Shown here: piece by piece, positions 38,645-47,405 of the stretch | How the letters are laid out: each line of letters begins with the position of its first letter | Position numbering within the stretch: the first letter of the stretch is position 1 | NCBI GenBank assembly: GCA_038230375.1 | Contig: JBBRNJ010000051.1 | Span: 1 to 64,000, forward strand | Source: Polyangiales bacterium | GTDB lineage: Bacteria > Myxococcota_A > Polyangia > Polyangiales > Polyangiaceae | Length of the DNA: 64,000 bases | Direction: 5' to 3' | Translations under genes and position numbers: made by a program | Notes under the pieces: model-generated | Told to the model about the DNA's origin: nothing | Seen by the model: only the letters and a program-made list of their open reading frames with translations | Database searches by the model: none

Positions 38645-40165
38645 ATGAGGAAGGCCCTCGTCACGGTGTGCAGTTCTCTGCTGCTCATGGCCGTGACAAC
38701 ACCAGCGCACGCCCTTGACCCCGAGGTGACGAGCGACACGACCGCGCAGTTCTACGACGTGCGCAGCCCCACCGGCGAGACGGTCCTCGCGCGGCGCAGG
38801 CTCACGACCACGCTCGGCGCGTCCGTCTACGATCTGATGAACACGAGCACGGACCCCAACGCGCCGTCGCTCACGTTCCGCACGCGTGTTCGTTACGACG
38901 CCGACTACGGCGCCAGCCCGCAGGAGACCACGGTCTCCAACTACGGGCGCCTGGTCCCGACCTTCAACCGCAACGCGCTCGACCTCATGTACGGCTACGT
39001 CGAGGGACGGAAGTTCTTGAAGGGGTGGCTTGGCTTCAAGGTCGGCCGCCAGTACGTGACCGACGTGCTCGGCTGGTGGTCGTTCGACGGGGGCCAGGTC
39101 CGCGTGACCACGCCCGCGTTCTTCGCGATGGAGCTGTACGGTGGCATGGAGCAGCGCGGTGGCTTCTTCATGAGCACGTCGCGCTTCGAGCAGGATGGCA
39201 TCGCGCGCGGAGACCGCGGCGGCTACGATCCTTCGCTCTATCCCAGCCTCCAGCCGCAGGGCATCGCGCCCGCGCTCGGCGCCGCAGTGGAGACCACGGG
39301 CCTCACGTACGTACACTCGCGCTTGACCTACCGTCGCGTCGAGAACACGGGCACATCCAACACCAGCGAGTTCGTGAACGGCATCTACACGAACACGCAG
39401 TACAACGGCGGGCGCATCTCGTCCGAGCGCCTTGGCATGTCCGTGGACGGCACCGTGCCGCAGATCGGTGGCGCCAAGTCTGGCGTTGCGTACGATCTCT
39501 ACAACGCGCGCCTCTCCAATGCGTACGCGTCCGTGGATGCGTTCGTCGGGCAGAAGCTCACGCTCAGCCTGGACTACGACTACTACCAGCCCACGTTCGA
39601 CGCGGACTCCATCTGGAACTTCTTCCAGGCCGCGCCCATGAACGACGTGGGCCTCCGCGGCTCGCTCGACGCCACCAAGAAGCTCAGCGTCGCCGCCGGC
39701 GGTCACGTGCGCGTGTTCCACCAGCAGACCAGCAACGACGCGCCGAACAGCTCTCCGTCGGCGACCGGCGTCAAGGTCGACCCGGTGCCGAACTACTTCC
39801 CCACCGCATCGTCCACCTTCGACAGCGGCGGCAACCTGGCAGCAAAGTACAAGTGGGGCTGGGGTCACCTGGGCCTTCGTGGCCGCGGCAACTTCGGCAG
39901 CGACGGCGACAGCGTCGGCGGTGACGCCTATGGCGAGCGCGTCTTCGCCACGCGCTACATCCTCGAAGGACGCGCGGGCGTCTGGCAGTGGAATGACAAG
40001 CTCCGCCCCGATCGCGACGCAACCAGCTTCGGCTACACCGCTGGCGCGGGCTACCGGCTCGCGGAGCGGTCGAAGGTCCTCATCGAGTTCGATCACAACA
40101 TGAACAGGCTCGTTGGTCAGCGCTTCCGCGTGATGGCGTGGCTCACAGTGGCGGTGACCAAGTGA
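38645..40165 (+). CDS. Predicted outer-membrane beta-barrel protein (porin-like), 506 aa
   Basis: Sec signal ending AHA; many amphipathic alternating strands with aromatic girdles (LDLMYGYVEG, FKVGRQY, FDGGQV, LSLDYDYY, YTAGAGYRL, FRVMAWLTVAV). Confidence 0.75.
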   Translation: MRKALVTVCSSLLLMAVTTPAHALDPEVTSDTTAQFYDVRSPTGETVLARRRLTTTLGASVYDLMNTSTDPNAPSLTFRTRVRYDADYGASPQETTVSNYGRLVPTFNRNALDLMYGYVEGRKFLKGWLGFKVGRQYVTDVLGWWSFDGGQVRVTTPAFFAMELYGGMEQRGGFFMSTSRFEQDGIARGDRGGYDPSLYPSLQPQGIAPALGAAVETTGLTYVHSRLTYRRVENTGTSNTSEFVNGIYTNTQYNGGRISSERLGMSVDGTVPQIGGAKSGVAYDLYNARLSNAYASVDAFVGQKLTLSLDYDYYQPTFDADSIWNFFQAAPMNDVGLRGSLDATKKLSVAAGGHVRVFHQQTSNDAPNSSPSATGVKVDPVPNYFPTASSTFDSGGNLAAKYKWGWGHLGLRGRGNFGSDGDSVGGDAYGERVFATRYILEGRAGVWQWNDKLRPDRDATSFGYTAGAGYRLAERSKVLIEFDHNMNRLVGQRFRVMAWLTVAVTK

Positions 40166-41568
40166 AGCGGCTCTCTTTCTGGCTGCTGATGCTCGCGATG
40201 CTGACGGCGATCTCGATCGCGTTCGCACAGACGCCAGCGACTTCGACCTCGACCTCGACTTCGACCTCGACCTCGACCTCGACCTCGACCTCGACCTCGA
40301 CCCCGACCCCCGGCGGCGCTTCGCATGGCCTTTCTCCCATGCCCAACGACGACCGCGTGCCTCTGCGGTATCTGCCGCCCGGCGCGTTCGATCCCGACAA
40401 GGGACCCAGCGACGTCGTGTTTCCGCCTCAGAAGCTCACGATCCGCTTCAACCACAAGCTCCACGTGGCGCTCGGTCAGAAGTGCGTGTCTTGCCACCTG
40501 GGCGCGACGTCCAGCGAATCCGTGCAGGATACACTTACTCCCAAGGGCACGAAGTGCGACCAATGCCACCAGTCGGATCACTCCGACCTGCTCAACGTGA
40601 AGCCCAGCGGCGCGCCCACCGGCACCGGCAGCTGCGCGTTCTGTCACAACGGCTACAAGGAGTCGGACGGCAACCTGGTCGCCCGCAACGTGATCCCCCG
40701 GCCGAACATGGTCTTCTCGCACAAGAAGCACGCCGTGCGGAACATCAACTGCCAGCAGTGCCACGGTGAGGTCCAGGAGCTGGAGCTCGCCACGCGCGAC
40801 CAGCTCCCCCGCATGCGCGGCTGCTTCGGCTGCCACCAGATGGACGACGCGTCGCGCGGCCTTGCCAAGAGCGACTGCACCACCTGCCACGTGAAGGAGA
40901 TGGCCTCGGCCACCACGCAGGCGTTGCCGGAGCACATCGGCAACAGTGGCGGCGGCAAGATCAAGATGATGTTCGCCTCCGGCACCATGAAGCCGCCGCG
41001 GTGGATGCACAACGCCGCGCACACGCCGGACTTCATGGAGCGCCACAAGATGGTGGCCGCGAACGACTCCGAGTTCTGCGCGAACTGCCACAAGGAAGAC
41101 TTCTGCGTCGGCTGCCACGACGGCCGCGTGCGTCCGCGAAACATCCACCCGAACGACTACATCTCGATGCACCCGATCGAGGCGCGCCAGGCCACGCTCA
41201 AGTGCACGAGCTGCCACCGGGAGCAGTCCTTCTGCATCGGCTGCCATCAGCGCGTGGGCGTCACCATGAGCGGCCCATCGGAGGCGCGCGACTCTGGACG
41301 CTTCCACCCGCCCAAGAGCGTCTGGAGCGACGCCCCGCGCAAGCCGGGCCATCACGCGCAGGAGGCCATGCGAAACATCAACGCCTGCGTCTCGTGCCAC
41401 GTCGAGCGCGACTGTGTCGTGTGCCACGGCGGGCAAGGAATCGGCGGCGGCTTCAACCCGCACAACGCCGGCTTCAAGGGCGGTTGTGCCACTCAAATGC
41501 GCAGGAACCCGCGTCCCTGCTTCGTCTGCCACGAACCCGGCGCCGGAGTGCTGGCCCAATGCCGCTGA
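40162..41568 (+). CDS. Secreted multiheme cytochrome c with 13 CxxCH motifs
   Basis: Signal peptide ending AFA; CVSCH, CDQCH, CAFCH, CQQCH, CFGCH, CTTCH, CANCH, CVGCH, CTSCH, CIGCH, CVSCH, CVVCH, CFVCH; GTGA overlap with the barrel gene. Confidence 0.95.
   Translation: MKRLSFWLLMLAMLTAISIAFAQTPATSTSTSTSTSTSTSTSTSTSTPTPGGASHGLSPMPNDDRVPLRYLPPGAFDPDKGPSDVVFPPQKLTIRFNHKLHVALGQKCVSCHLGATSSESVQDTLTPKGTKCDQCHQSDHSDLLNVKPSGAPTGTGSCAFCHNGYKESDGNLVARNVIPRPNMVFSHKKHAVRNINCQQCHGEVQELELATRDQLPRMRGCFGCHQMDDASRGLAKSDCTTCHVKEMASATTQALPEHIGNSGGGKIKMMFASGTMKPPRWMHNAAHTPDFMERHKMVAANDSEFCANCHKEDFCVGCHDGRVRPRNIHPNDYISMHPIEARQATLKCTSCHREQSFCIGCHQRVGVTMSGPSEARDSGRFHPPKSVWSDAPRKPGHHAQEAMRNINACVSCHVERDCVVCHGGQGIGGGFNPHNAGFKGGCATQMRRNPRPCFVCHEPGAGVLAQCR
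40239..40310. repeat. (ACCTCG)n hexamer array encoding a (Thr-Ser)n linker
   Basis: Within the cytochrome gene, immediately after the signal peptide. Confidence 0.9.
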
Positions 41569-41603
41569 GCCTCCAACGCATGTGGGAAGGTTTGAAGTTC
41601 CGC

Positions 41604-41633
41604 TTGCATACGCGACCTACCGACGGGTATATG
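41604..41633 (+). promoter_or_regulatory. Possible sigma70-type promoter
   Basis: TTGCAT-N18-TATATG upstream of a GGAGG and TTG start. Confidence 0.35.
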
Positions 41634-41661
41634 GAGCGGTCCCCGAACACGGAGGTCGCAC

Positions 41662-41916
41662 TTGAATTCACTCGTCCGGTATTTGATCGAGAACATGTAC
41701 TTGGACTTCCAGGGGGAAATCTCCCTGGATCAGGTTCGACAGATGCTTCGGGGGGACGAGAGCCGGGAGTCGAAGGCCCTGCTAGCGAAGCTGATCGAGG
41801 ACAAGGGCGTGGACGATCTTCTGATCACCCTGGCCGATTGCCTGAAGGATCACATCCGTACGGGCGTGAGCGAGCAGGTCGTTCGCGACCAGCTCAGCAC
41901 CTACTCGGATTCCTGA
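41662..41916 (+). CDS. Small acidic helical hypothetical protein (84 aa)
   Basis: GGAGG SD upstream of TTG; protein-like composition. Confidence 0.8.
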   Translation: MNSLVRYLIENMYLDFQGEISLDQVRQMLRGDESRESKALLAKLIEDKGVDDLLITLADCLKDHIRTGVSEQVVRDQLSTYSDS

Positions 41917-41959
41917 CACCCGGACTTCCGACACCCGGACTTCCGACACCCGGACTCCC
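41915..41959. repeat. 3 x 15-bp tandem repeat GACACCCGGACTTCC
   Basis: Two perfect copies plus one copy with one mismatch. Confidence 0.95.
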
Positions 41960-41984
41960 GGCGTTGGCCGGCCGGCACGCGCAC

Positions 41985-43076
41985 TTGAAGTCGCCTCGGC
42001 TGATCGGCGCGCTGGTTTTTTCAGCAGCGCTCGGTGGGTCGGCGCTCGCCTGTGATCAGGGCAGCCAACACCAGCAGCCCACCTTCACGCGGTACGTATC
42101 GCTCGTGTCCTCCACGGCCGACGCGACGCACCCGGTGCCGGCCGACGGCATCATCGCGCTGCAGTTCGATCGGTACCTGAACCCGTCGACCGTCACACGC
42201 CAGTCGTTCATCGTGACGGACGCATCGGGCCAGCCGCTGCAGGGCGCGCTCGTGAGCTACGATCCCATCGCGCTCACGGTGTCGATCGCCAGCCCGAATA
42301 CGCCCGGGGCCGGGACGTCGTCAACGACTCCATGGCTCACGGCAGGTCAGAGCTACAAGCTCTTCTTGCCCGTATCCGGCAGCTCGACGGACATCAGCGG
42401 CCTGCGCGCGATCGACAACGCCCCGCTCGATCCCGCTGTCGGCCCGATCGAGATCGCCTTCAACGTGAGCGCTGCCAAGGGCGCGGCCTCCGTCGCCCCA
42501 ACGATGAAATTCTGCGCCGACATCCTCCCCATCTTCGACACCAAGTGCTCGGGCAGTCTCGGTTGCCACGGTCACGACGACGCCTCGGACCCGGCGGCGG
42601 GCATGTACCTCACGACGGCGGAGGGGGTCGCGCAGACCGCCATCGGCCGGATCTCGCAGGGGTCCAACACGTCGGGCATCTCGGGGCAGGCGGTGCCGCC
42701 GAACCGCGTCTTCGGGCTGAATTTCCCCATCATCGACCCAGGTCACGCGGCGACCAGCTGGCTCGTCTACAAGATCGCGATGGCGCCCGCGCCCGACAAC
42801 AGCGCCGTGTCGAAGGCCCGCGAGCTGTGCCCCGATGCAACGGGCAAGAGCGAGCCGCCGCATGCCTATACGGTCAACACATCTGCGTACCCACTGAACG
42901 ATGACGAGCAGGCTGTGCTGTCCGACGCCATCCTGGGCCGGTCAATGCCGTACCCGAGCTACGGCGCTCCGGCCTACAACACGAACCCGCTCGACCTTGA
43001 CGAGCGCGAGCGCGTGCGTCTGTGGATCGACCAGGGCGCGCATGTCGAGCCGTGCGGTATCTGCGCCACGCCGTAG
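41985..43076 (+). CDS. Lipoprotein with Ig-like domain and planctomycete-type cytochrome c-like domain
   Basis: Lipobox ALAC; QFDRYLNPSTV Ig-like region; FCADILPIFDTKCSGSLGCH...PGHAATSWLVYKI...MP...VRLWIDQGA. Confidence 0.72.
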   Translation: MKSPRLIGALVFSAALGGSALACDQGSQHQQPTFTRYVSLVSSTADATHPVPADGIIALQFDRYLNPSTVTRQSFIVTDASGQPLQGALVSYDPIALTVSIASPNTPGAGTSSTTPWLTAGQSYKLFLPVSGSSTDISGLRAIDNAPLDPAVGPIEIAFNVSAAKGAASVAPTMKFCADILPIFDTKCSGSLGCHGHDDASDPAAGMYLTTAEGVAQTAIGRISQGSNTSGISGQAVPPNRVFGLNFPIIDPGHAATSWLVYKIAMAPAPDNSAVSKARELCPDATGKSEPPHAYTVNTSAYPLNDDEQAVLSDAILGRSMPYPSYGAPAYNTNPLDLDERERVRLWIDQGAHVEPCGICATP

Positions 43077-43122
43077 CGGCAAGTGGAACAACGCTGCGGA
43101 GGCATGGAGCATCCAAGTAGTC

Positions 43123-44565
43123 GTGCGTTCGCTCGTCTGGTTTCGTGGCAAGGATCTCCGCATCACCGATCACGAGCCGCTCACGCGCGCAGTCGCAGAT
43201 GGGGATGTGATCCCGCTCTTCGTGCTCGATCCATACTTCTTCTCGCCCGAGCGGGCGCAAAAGCTCCCGCATCGCATGCAGTTCCTGCTCGAGTCCATCG
43301 AGAGCCTTCGGGAGAACATCGCCGCGCTTGGCTCGCGGCTGCTGCTGGTCTCCGGCAAGAGCCACGAGATCGTTCCGGAGCTCGTCCGCCGCTTCCGGGC
43401 TGATCGCGTGCTGGCCCAGCGCTGGACCGAGCCGTTCGGCCGCGCGCGCGACGAGAAGGTGCAGGGCGCGCTCGGGTCGATCAAGCTTGTTCTTTCGGAG
43501 GGTGAGACGCTGATGCGGCCAGGCTCACTGCGCACGGGGCAAGGCGGCGTCTTCTCCGTCTACACCCCGTTCATGCGCGCGCACCGGAAGGTGTACGCCG
43601 GATCGCCAGGGCGAAAGCCGCTGCGCGCGCCCGCACGGCTTCCGGCGCTCCCAAAGGATGTAGAATGCAACGAATCCACGCTGCCTACCCTGGCCTCGCT
43701 GGGGCTCACGCACAACCAGGAGCTGCTCCGCGGAGGCGAGCGCGCAGCCCGTGAACGAATGAAGGCGTTCTTCAAGGCGCCAGTGAAGAGCTACGTGGAG
43801 ACGCGCGACCGGATGGACCTCGCCGGAGGCAGCCGGCTGTCGCAGGATCTGAAGTTCGGCCTGGTCTCGGTGCGCGAGGTGTGGACGGCTGCGGGCATGT
43901 CCCTCACCCTTGGCAGCGTGCCTCGCGAGAAGTTCGAGAACGAGCTGATCTGGCGGGAGTTCTCGCACCACAACCTGTGGGACCGGCCGCACCTCCTTCA
44001 CGAGCCGTTCCGCGCCGACTTCAAGGGCTTCCCGTGGCGCGGCGAAGGCTCCAGTGCCGAACGCGACCTCGCGGCGTGGAAGGACGGCAAGACGGGCTAT
44101 CCGGTCGTCGACGCCGCAGCGCGGCAGCTTCTCCACGAGGGCTTCGTCCACAATCGCGCGCGCATGATCGCGGCGAGCTTCCTCACGAAGCACCTGCTGA
44201 TCGACTACAAGCTGGGCGAAGCGCACTACCTCCGGTACCTGACCGACGGCGACTGGGCGCAGAACAACGCCGGCTGGCAGTGGTCCGCCGGCTGCGGCTG
44301 CGATGCCCAGCCGTACTTCCGCGTCTTCAATCCGGTCACGCAGGGCGAGAGGTTCGATCCGGACGGCGCATACGTGCGTCGATGGGTGCCGGAGCTCGCC
44401 CGGGTGCATGCAAAATACATTCATTCCCCGTGGGACGCGCCGCCCGAGGAGCTCGCGCGCGCTGGCGTCACGCTGGGGAAGACGTACCCGCGTCCGATCG
44501 TGGAGCACGCAGCTGCACGGGTCCGCTTCCTTGCAACAGCGAAGAAACACCTCGCGTCGGCGTGA
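43123..44565 (+). CDS. phrB: Deoxyribodipyrimidine photolyase (class I CPD-like)
   Basis: LVWFRGKDLR, SRLS, ELIWREF, GKTGYPVVDA, HNRARM, NNAGWQW, YFRVFNP. Confidence 0.93.
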   Translation: MRSLVWFRGKDLRITDHEPLTRAVADGDVIPLFVLDPYFFSPERAQKLPHRMQFLLESIESLRENIAALGSRLLLVSGKSHEIVPELVRRFRADRVLAQRWTEPFGRARDEKVQGALGSIKLVLSEGETLMRPGSLRTGQGGVFSVYTPFMRAHRKVYAGSPGRKPLRAPARLPALPKDVECNESTLPTLASLGLTHNQELLRGGERAARERMKAFFKAPVKSYVETRDRMDLAGGSRLSQDLKFGLVSVREVWTAAGMSLTLGSVPREKFENELIWREFSHHNLWDRPHLLHEPFRADFKGFPWRGEGSSAERDLAAWKDGKTGYPVVDAAARQLLHEGFVHNRARMIAASFLTKHLLIDYKLGEAHYLRYLTDGDWAQNNAGWQWSAGCGCDAQPYFRVFNPVTQGERFDPDGAYVRRWVPELARVHAKYIHSPWDAPPEELARAGVTLGKTYPRPIVEHAAARVRFLATAKKHLASA

Positions 44566-44580
44566 GGTCGGCCTGGGGCC

Positions 44581-45303
44581 TCAGCCTTCCTCGACGAGCT
44601 CTTCTGGCGGGAGAAACAGGTCGATGAGCTGCGCCTGCGAGTGCACGCCCATCTTCGAGAAGATCGACTTCAGGTGGTTGCGGACGGTGCTTGGCGAGAT
44701 GCCCATCGTCTTCGCGATCGTGGGGACGCGGCGATTTGCGAGGAGTCCGTTGAGGACCTCCCGCTCCCGGGATGACAGCGTCGCGATCTCGGGGCGCCTG
44801 CCGAGGTCGATATTCAGAGGCTTGACGAGCGGCAAGAGGCCCCCGTCCGCCAGCGTGCCGGCGATCTTCGCGATCGCGTCCTCCATGTTCCTGCGCTTGT
44901 TTGCCTCGTCGAGGCGCGAGAACGCGAGCTCCACCGACGCGAGGAGCTGACGCTCCGAGAATGGCTTCACCACGAACGCGTGTGGCGACACCAGCACGGC
45001 GCGAGCGACGGTCGATGCGTCGCTGTGCGCGGACACGAAGACGGAGGGCACCTCGAACTCGGCGTAGATGTCCTTCGCGAGCTCGACGCCGTCGCGTGCG
45101 CCGCCGAGCTCGATGTCGAGGAGGCAGAGATCTGCGTGCTCGCGGCGCAGCGTGCGAAAGAGCCCGTCCTCGTCGCGTACGCTTGGCAGCAGCTCGAACC
45201 CCGCGGCGACGAGGATGCGACGCATGTCGCGTTCGAGCATCCCATCGTCCTCGACCAGCAGGAGCCTGCGTCCGGGGGCGGACGAGCTTTCGGAGATCGC
45301 CAT
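44581..45303 (-). CDS. Response regulator (REC plus LuxR HTH)
   Basis: LLVEDD, LLDIEL, VKPF; LSSREREVL...TVRNHLKSIFSKMGV. Confidence 0.92.
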   Translation of the reverse strand: MAISESSSAPGRRLLLVEDDGMLERDMRRILVAAGFELLPSVRDEDGLFRTLRREHADLCLLDIELGGARDGVELAKDIYAEFEVPSVFVSAHSDASTVARAVLVSPHAFVVKPFSERQLLASVELAFSRLDEANKRRNMEDAIAKIAGTLADGGLLPLVKPLNIDLGRRPEIATLSSREREVLNGLLANRRVPTIAKTMGISPSTVRNHLKSIFSKMGVHSQAQLIDLFLPPEELVEEG

Positions 45304-45360
45304 CGTGCTACCATCGTAAACCACCGTGATTCCGCAAGCCAGCGTCACCCCATCCCCGTC

Positions 45361-46500
45361 TTGAAGCTCCGCTTTCCACTGGGCGGGGGGAAGTCGCTCG
45401 CTGCACGGGTGGCGGCAAGGGCGGCGTCCGTCCTCGACGAGGCATTTCTCACGGTGATCGACGTCGAGGGGAGCCGCAGCGCGAAGCGAACCATCGCGAA
45501 GTTCACGCACGAGGAGCGCGTGCAGCTCCTCACCGATATCGCGCGTGTCTACGAGGTGCCGGAGTACTTCACCACCCCTGGAACTTTCTTCGAGGCGCCC
45601 GGGACGAAGGTGCTGCGACGAACAATAGTCTCCGAGGTCGTGGGCGGCTTCGGCCGCGCGCAGCAGACCCGCACGATCGATCTGTCGTGGGAGAGCGGCT
45701 ACATCCCGCGCCACGAAGGCGTGCGCGCAAAGTTCGAGTCCCGCATCCCGAATCGAACCGCCCACGCACGCCTCATCTCCGGTGGTGAAGGGCGGCCCGC
45801 GATCGTGCTCATCCATGGCTACATGGGCGGGCAGTGGGCATTCGAGGAGCGGCAGTGGCAGATCGGCGCGCTCCTTCGCGCTGGGCTCGACATTGCGCTG
45901 TTCGTGCTCCCGTTCCACGCGAAGCGAAGCGATCGCGTCGGTCGCGTGCCCATCTTCCCCGGCGGCGATCCTCGCTTCAACAACGAGGCGTTCGGCCAGG
46001 CCGTGTTCGACGCCCGCACGCTCTCTGCGCACCTCTACGCGGAGGGAGCACCGGCGGTCGGCGTGATGGGCGTGAGCCTTGGAGGGTTCCTCGCTTCGTT
46101 GCTCGCGACGGTGGAGCCGCGGCTGGCGTTTGCGGCGCCCGTGATCCCGCTCGCATCGCTGGCGGACTTTGCGCACGCACGGGGCCGGCTTGGTGAGAGC
46201 GCGGAGGAGGCGAAGATCGAGCACACGGCGCTGGAGCAGGCCACGCGCGTGGTGAGCCCGCTCGCGCGCCCGCTCGTGATTCCCGCGTCGCGTGTGCTGG
46301 TTGTCGCCGCGGAGGGGGATCGCGTGACGCCCATCGCGCATGCGCGTCGCATCGCAGCGCACTTCGGCGCGGACATGCATCTGCTCTCTGGCGGCCACCT
46401 GCTGCAGCTGGATCGCAAGGACGGCCTGCGCGCGGTGGTTTCGATGCTGCGGCGCGAGGGCGTGCTCACCCCGCGTGAGCCGCGTCCGTCACGAAGGTGA
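45361..46500 (+). CDS. Alpha/beta hydrolase
   Basis: IHGY, LPFH, GVSLGG, GDRVTP, GGH. Start uncertain. Confidence 0.85.
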   Translation: MKLRFPLGGGKSLAARVAARAASVLDEAFLTVIDVEGSRSAKRTIAKFTHEERVQLLTDIARVYEVPEYFTTPGTFFEAPGTKVLRRTIVSEVVGGFGRAQQTRTIDLSWESGYIPRHEGVRAKFESRIPNRTAHARLISGGEGRPAIVLIHGYMGGQWAFEERQWQIGALLRAGLDIALFVLPFHAKRSDRVGRVPIFPGGDPRFNNEAFGQAVFDARTLSAHLYAEGAPAVGVMGVSLGGFLASLLATVEPRLAFAAPVIPLASLADFAHARGRLGESAEEAKIEHTALEQATRVVSPLARPLVIPASRVLVVAAEGDRVTPIAHARRIAAHFGADMHLLSGGHLLQLDRKDGLRAVVSMLRREGVLTPREPRPSRR

Positions 46501-47362
46501 TCGCCTCGCCCATGATCTCGTCGATGTTCGCCGAGTAGTAGTGCCCGGCCTTGGGCATCACGAAGAGCTTCGCGGGGAAGCCGGCATCGTGGAGGCGCTT
46601 CACGGTGGCGCGTTCCCCTGGCAGCTCGCCGCCCCACTCGCCCGCGATGAGCGCGACCGCGCGCACCTTCGCTGCACGGAGCCGCTGCACATCCAGCGAG
46701 ACGTTCGCCTCCGTCAGGATCAGATACGACCATCGTCCCGGATGCATCGCGGCGATCGTCGGTGCAATGTACGCGCCGCGTGAGAAGCCCGTGAGGATCG
46801 CCCCCTCGCGGTCCATCTCGTTCGGATAGGCGGAATCGACGGCCGCGATGGACGCCTCCAGATCGCGATCGACCGAGGCTTCATCTTCCGTCCACGTCGG
46901 CGCATTGAACGCGCCACCGCAGCTGCCGTTGCCGGTGGGGCAGACAAGGAACCCTTCGGCCTTCGCCGCGCCGGTCCAGTACCCGCAGGCATACCCCGGC
47001 GGATTGCACATGCCGTGAAGGTTCGCGATGAGCCGCTTCTTCCCGCCAGCAGGAACCGTAAAATACACGTTCCGCTTCGGAGCAAACGGAAGCTCGAAAG
47101 GCCCCGTGACGCGAGGAGCAAGAAAAGCCTCGAGCCCATCATGCTCGCCCAGGGTCGAAGTCGAAGTCGAAGTCGAGGTCGAGGTCGAGGTTGGGGTCGG
47201 GGTCGGAGTCGAGCTCGAGGTCGAGGTCGAGGTCGAGGTCGAGGTCGAGGTCGAAGTCGATGTCGGTGTCGTCGTCGAAGTCGTCGTCGTCGTCGCCTTC
47301 GGTGCGCACGCCGCGATCGTCGCCACTATCAAAACGGTAAGGCCGATGGGCTTCATACCCAT
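46466..47362 (-). CDS. Lipoprotein with Thr/Ser linker and alpha/beta-hydrolase (esterase-like) domain
   Basis: Lipobox IAAC; LHGM, GFSRG, GH. Confidence 0.8.
   Translation of the reverse strand: MGMKPIGLTVLIVATIAACAPKATTTTTSTTTPTSTSTSTSTSTSTSTSSSTPTPTPTSTSTSTSTSTSTLGEHDGLEAFLAPRVTGPFELPFAPKRNVYFTVPAGGKKRLIANLHGMCNPPGYACGYWTGAAKAEGFLVCPTGNGSCGGAFNAPTWTEDEASVDRDLEASIAAVDSAYPNEMDREGAILTGFSRGAYIAPTIAAMHPGRWSYLILTEANVSLDVQRLRAAKVRAVALIAGEWGGELPGERATVKRLHDAGFPAKLFVMPKAGHYYSANIDEIMGEAITFVTDAAHAG
47154..47295. repeat. GTCGAG-type hexamer array encoding (Thr-Ser/Pro)n on the minus strand
   Basis: Directly visible. Confidence 0.9.
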
Positions 47363-47405
47363 TCCATCGTCGCCGCTCCCCCAAGTGTGACGTCGGTCTT
47401 CTTCC

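Noticed and set aside
41001..41984. 691-aa ORF as a fusion or frameshift product with the cytochrome
   Set aside because: The upstream part is an off-frame reading of the cytochrome and the 84-aa gene; the real protein begins at the lipoprotein signal near 41985
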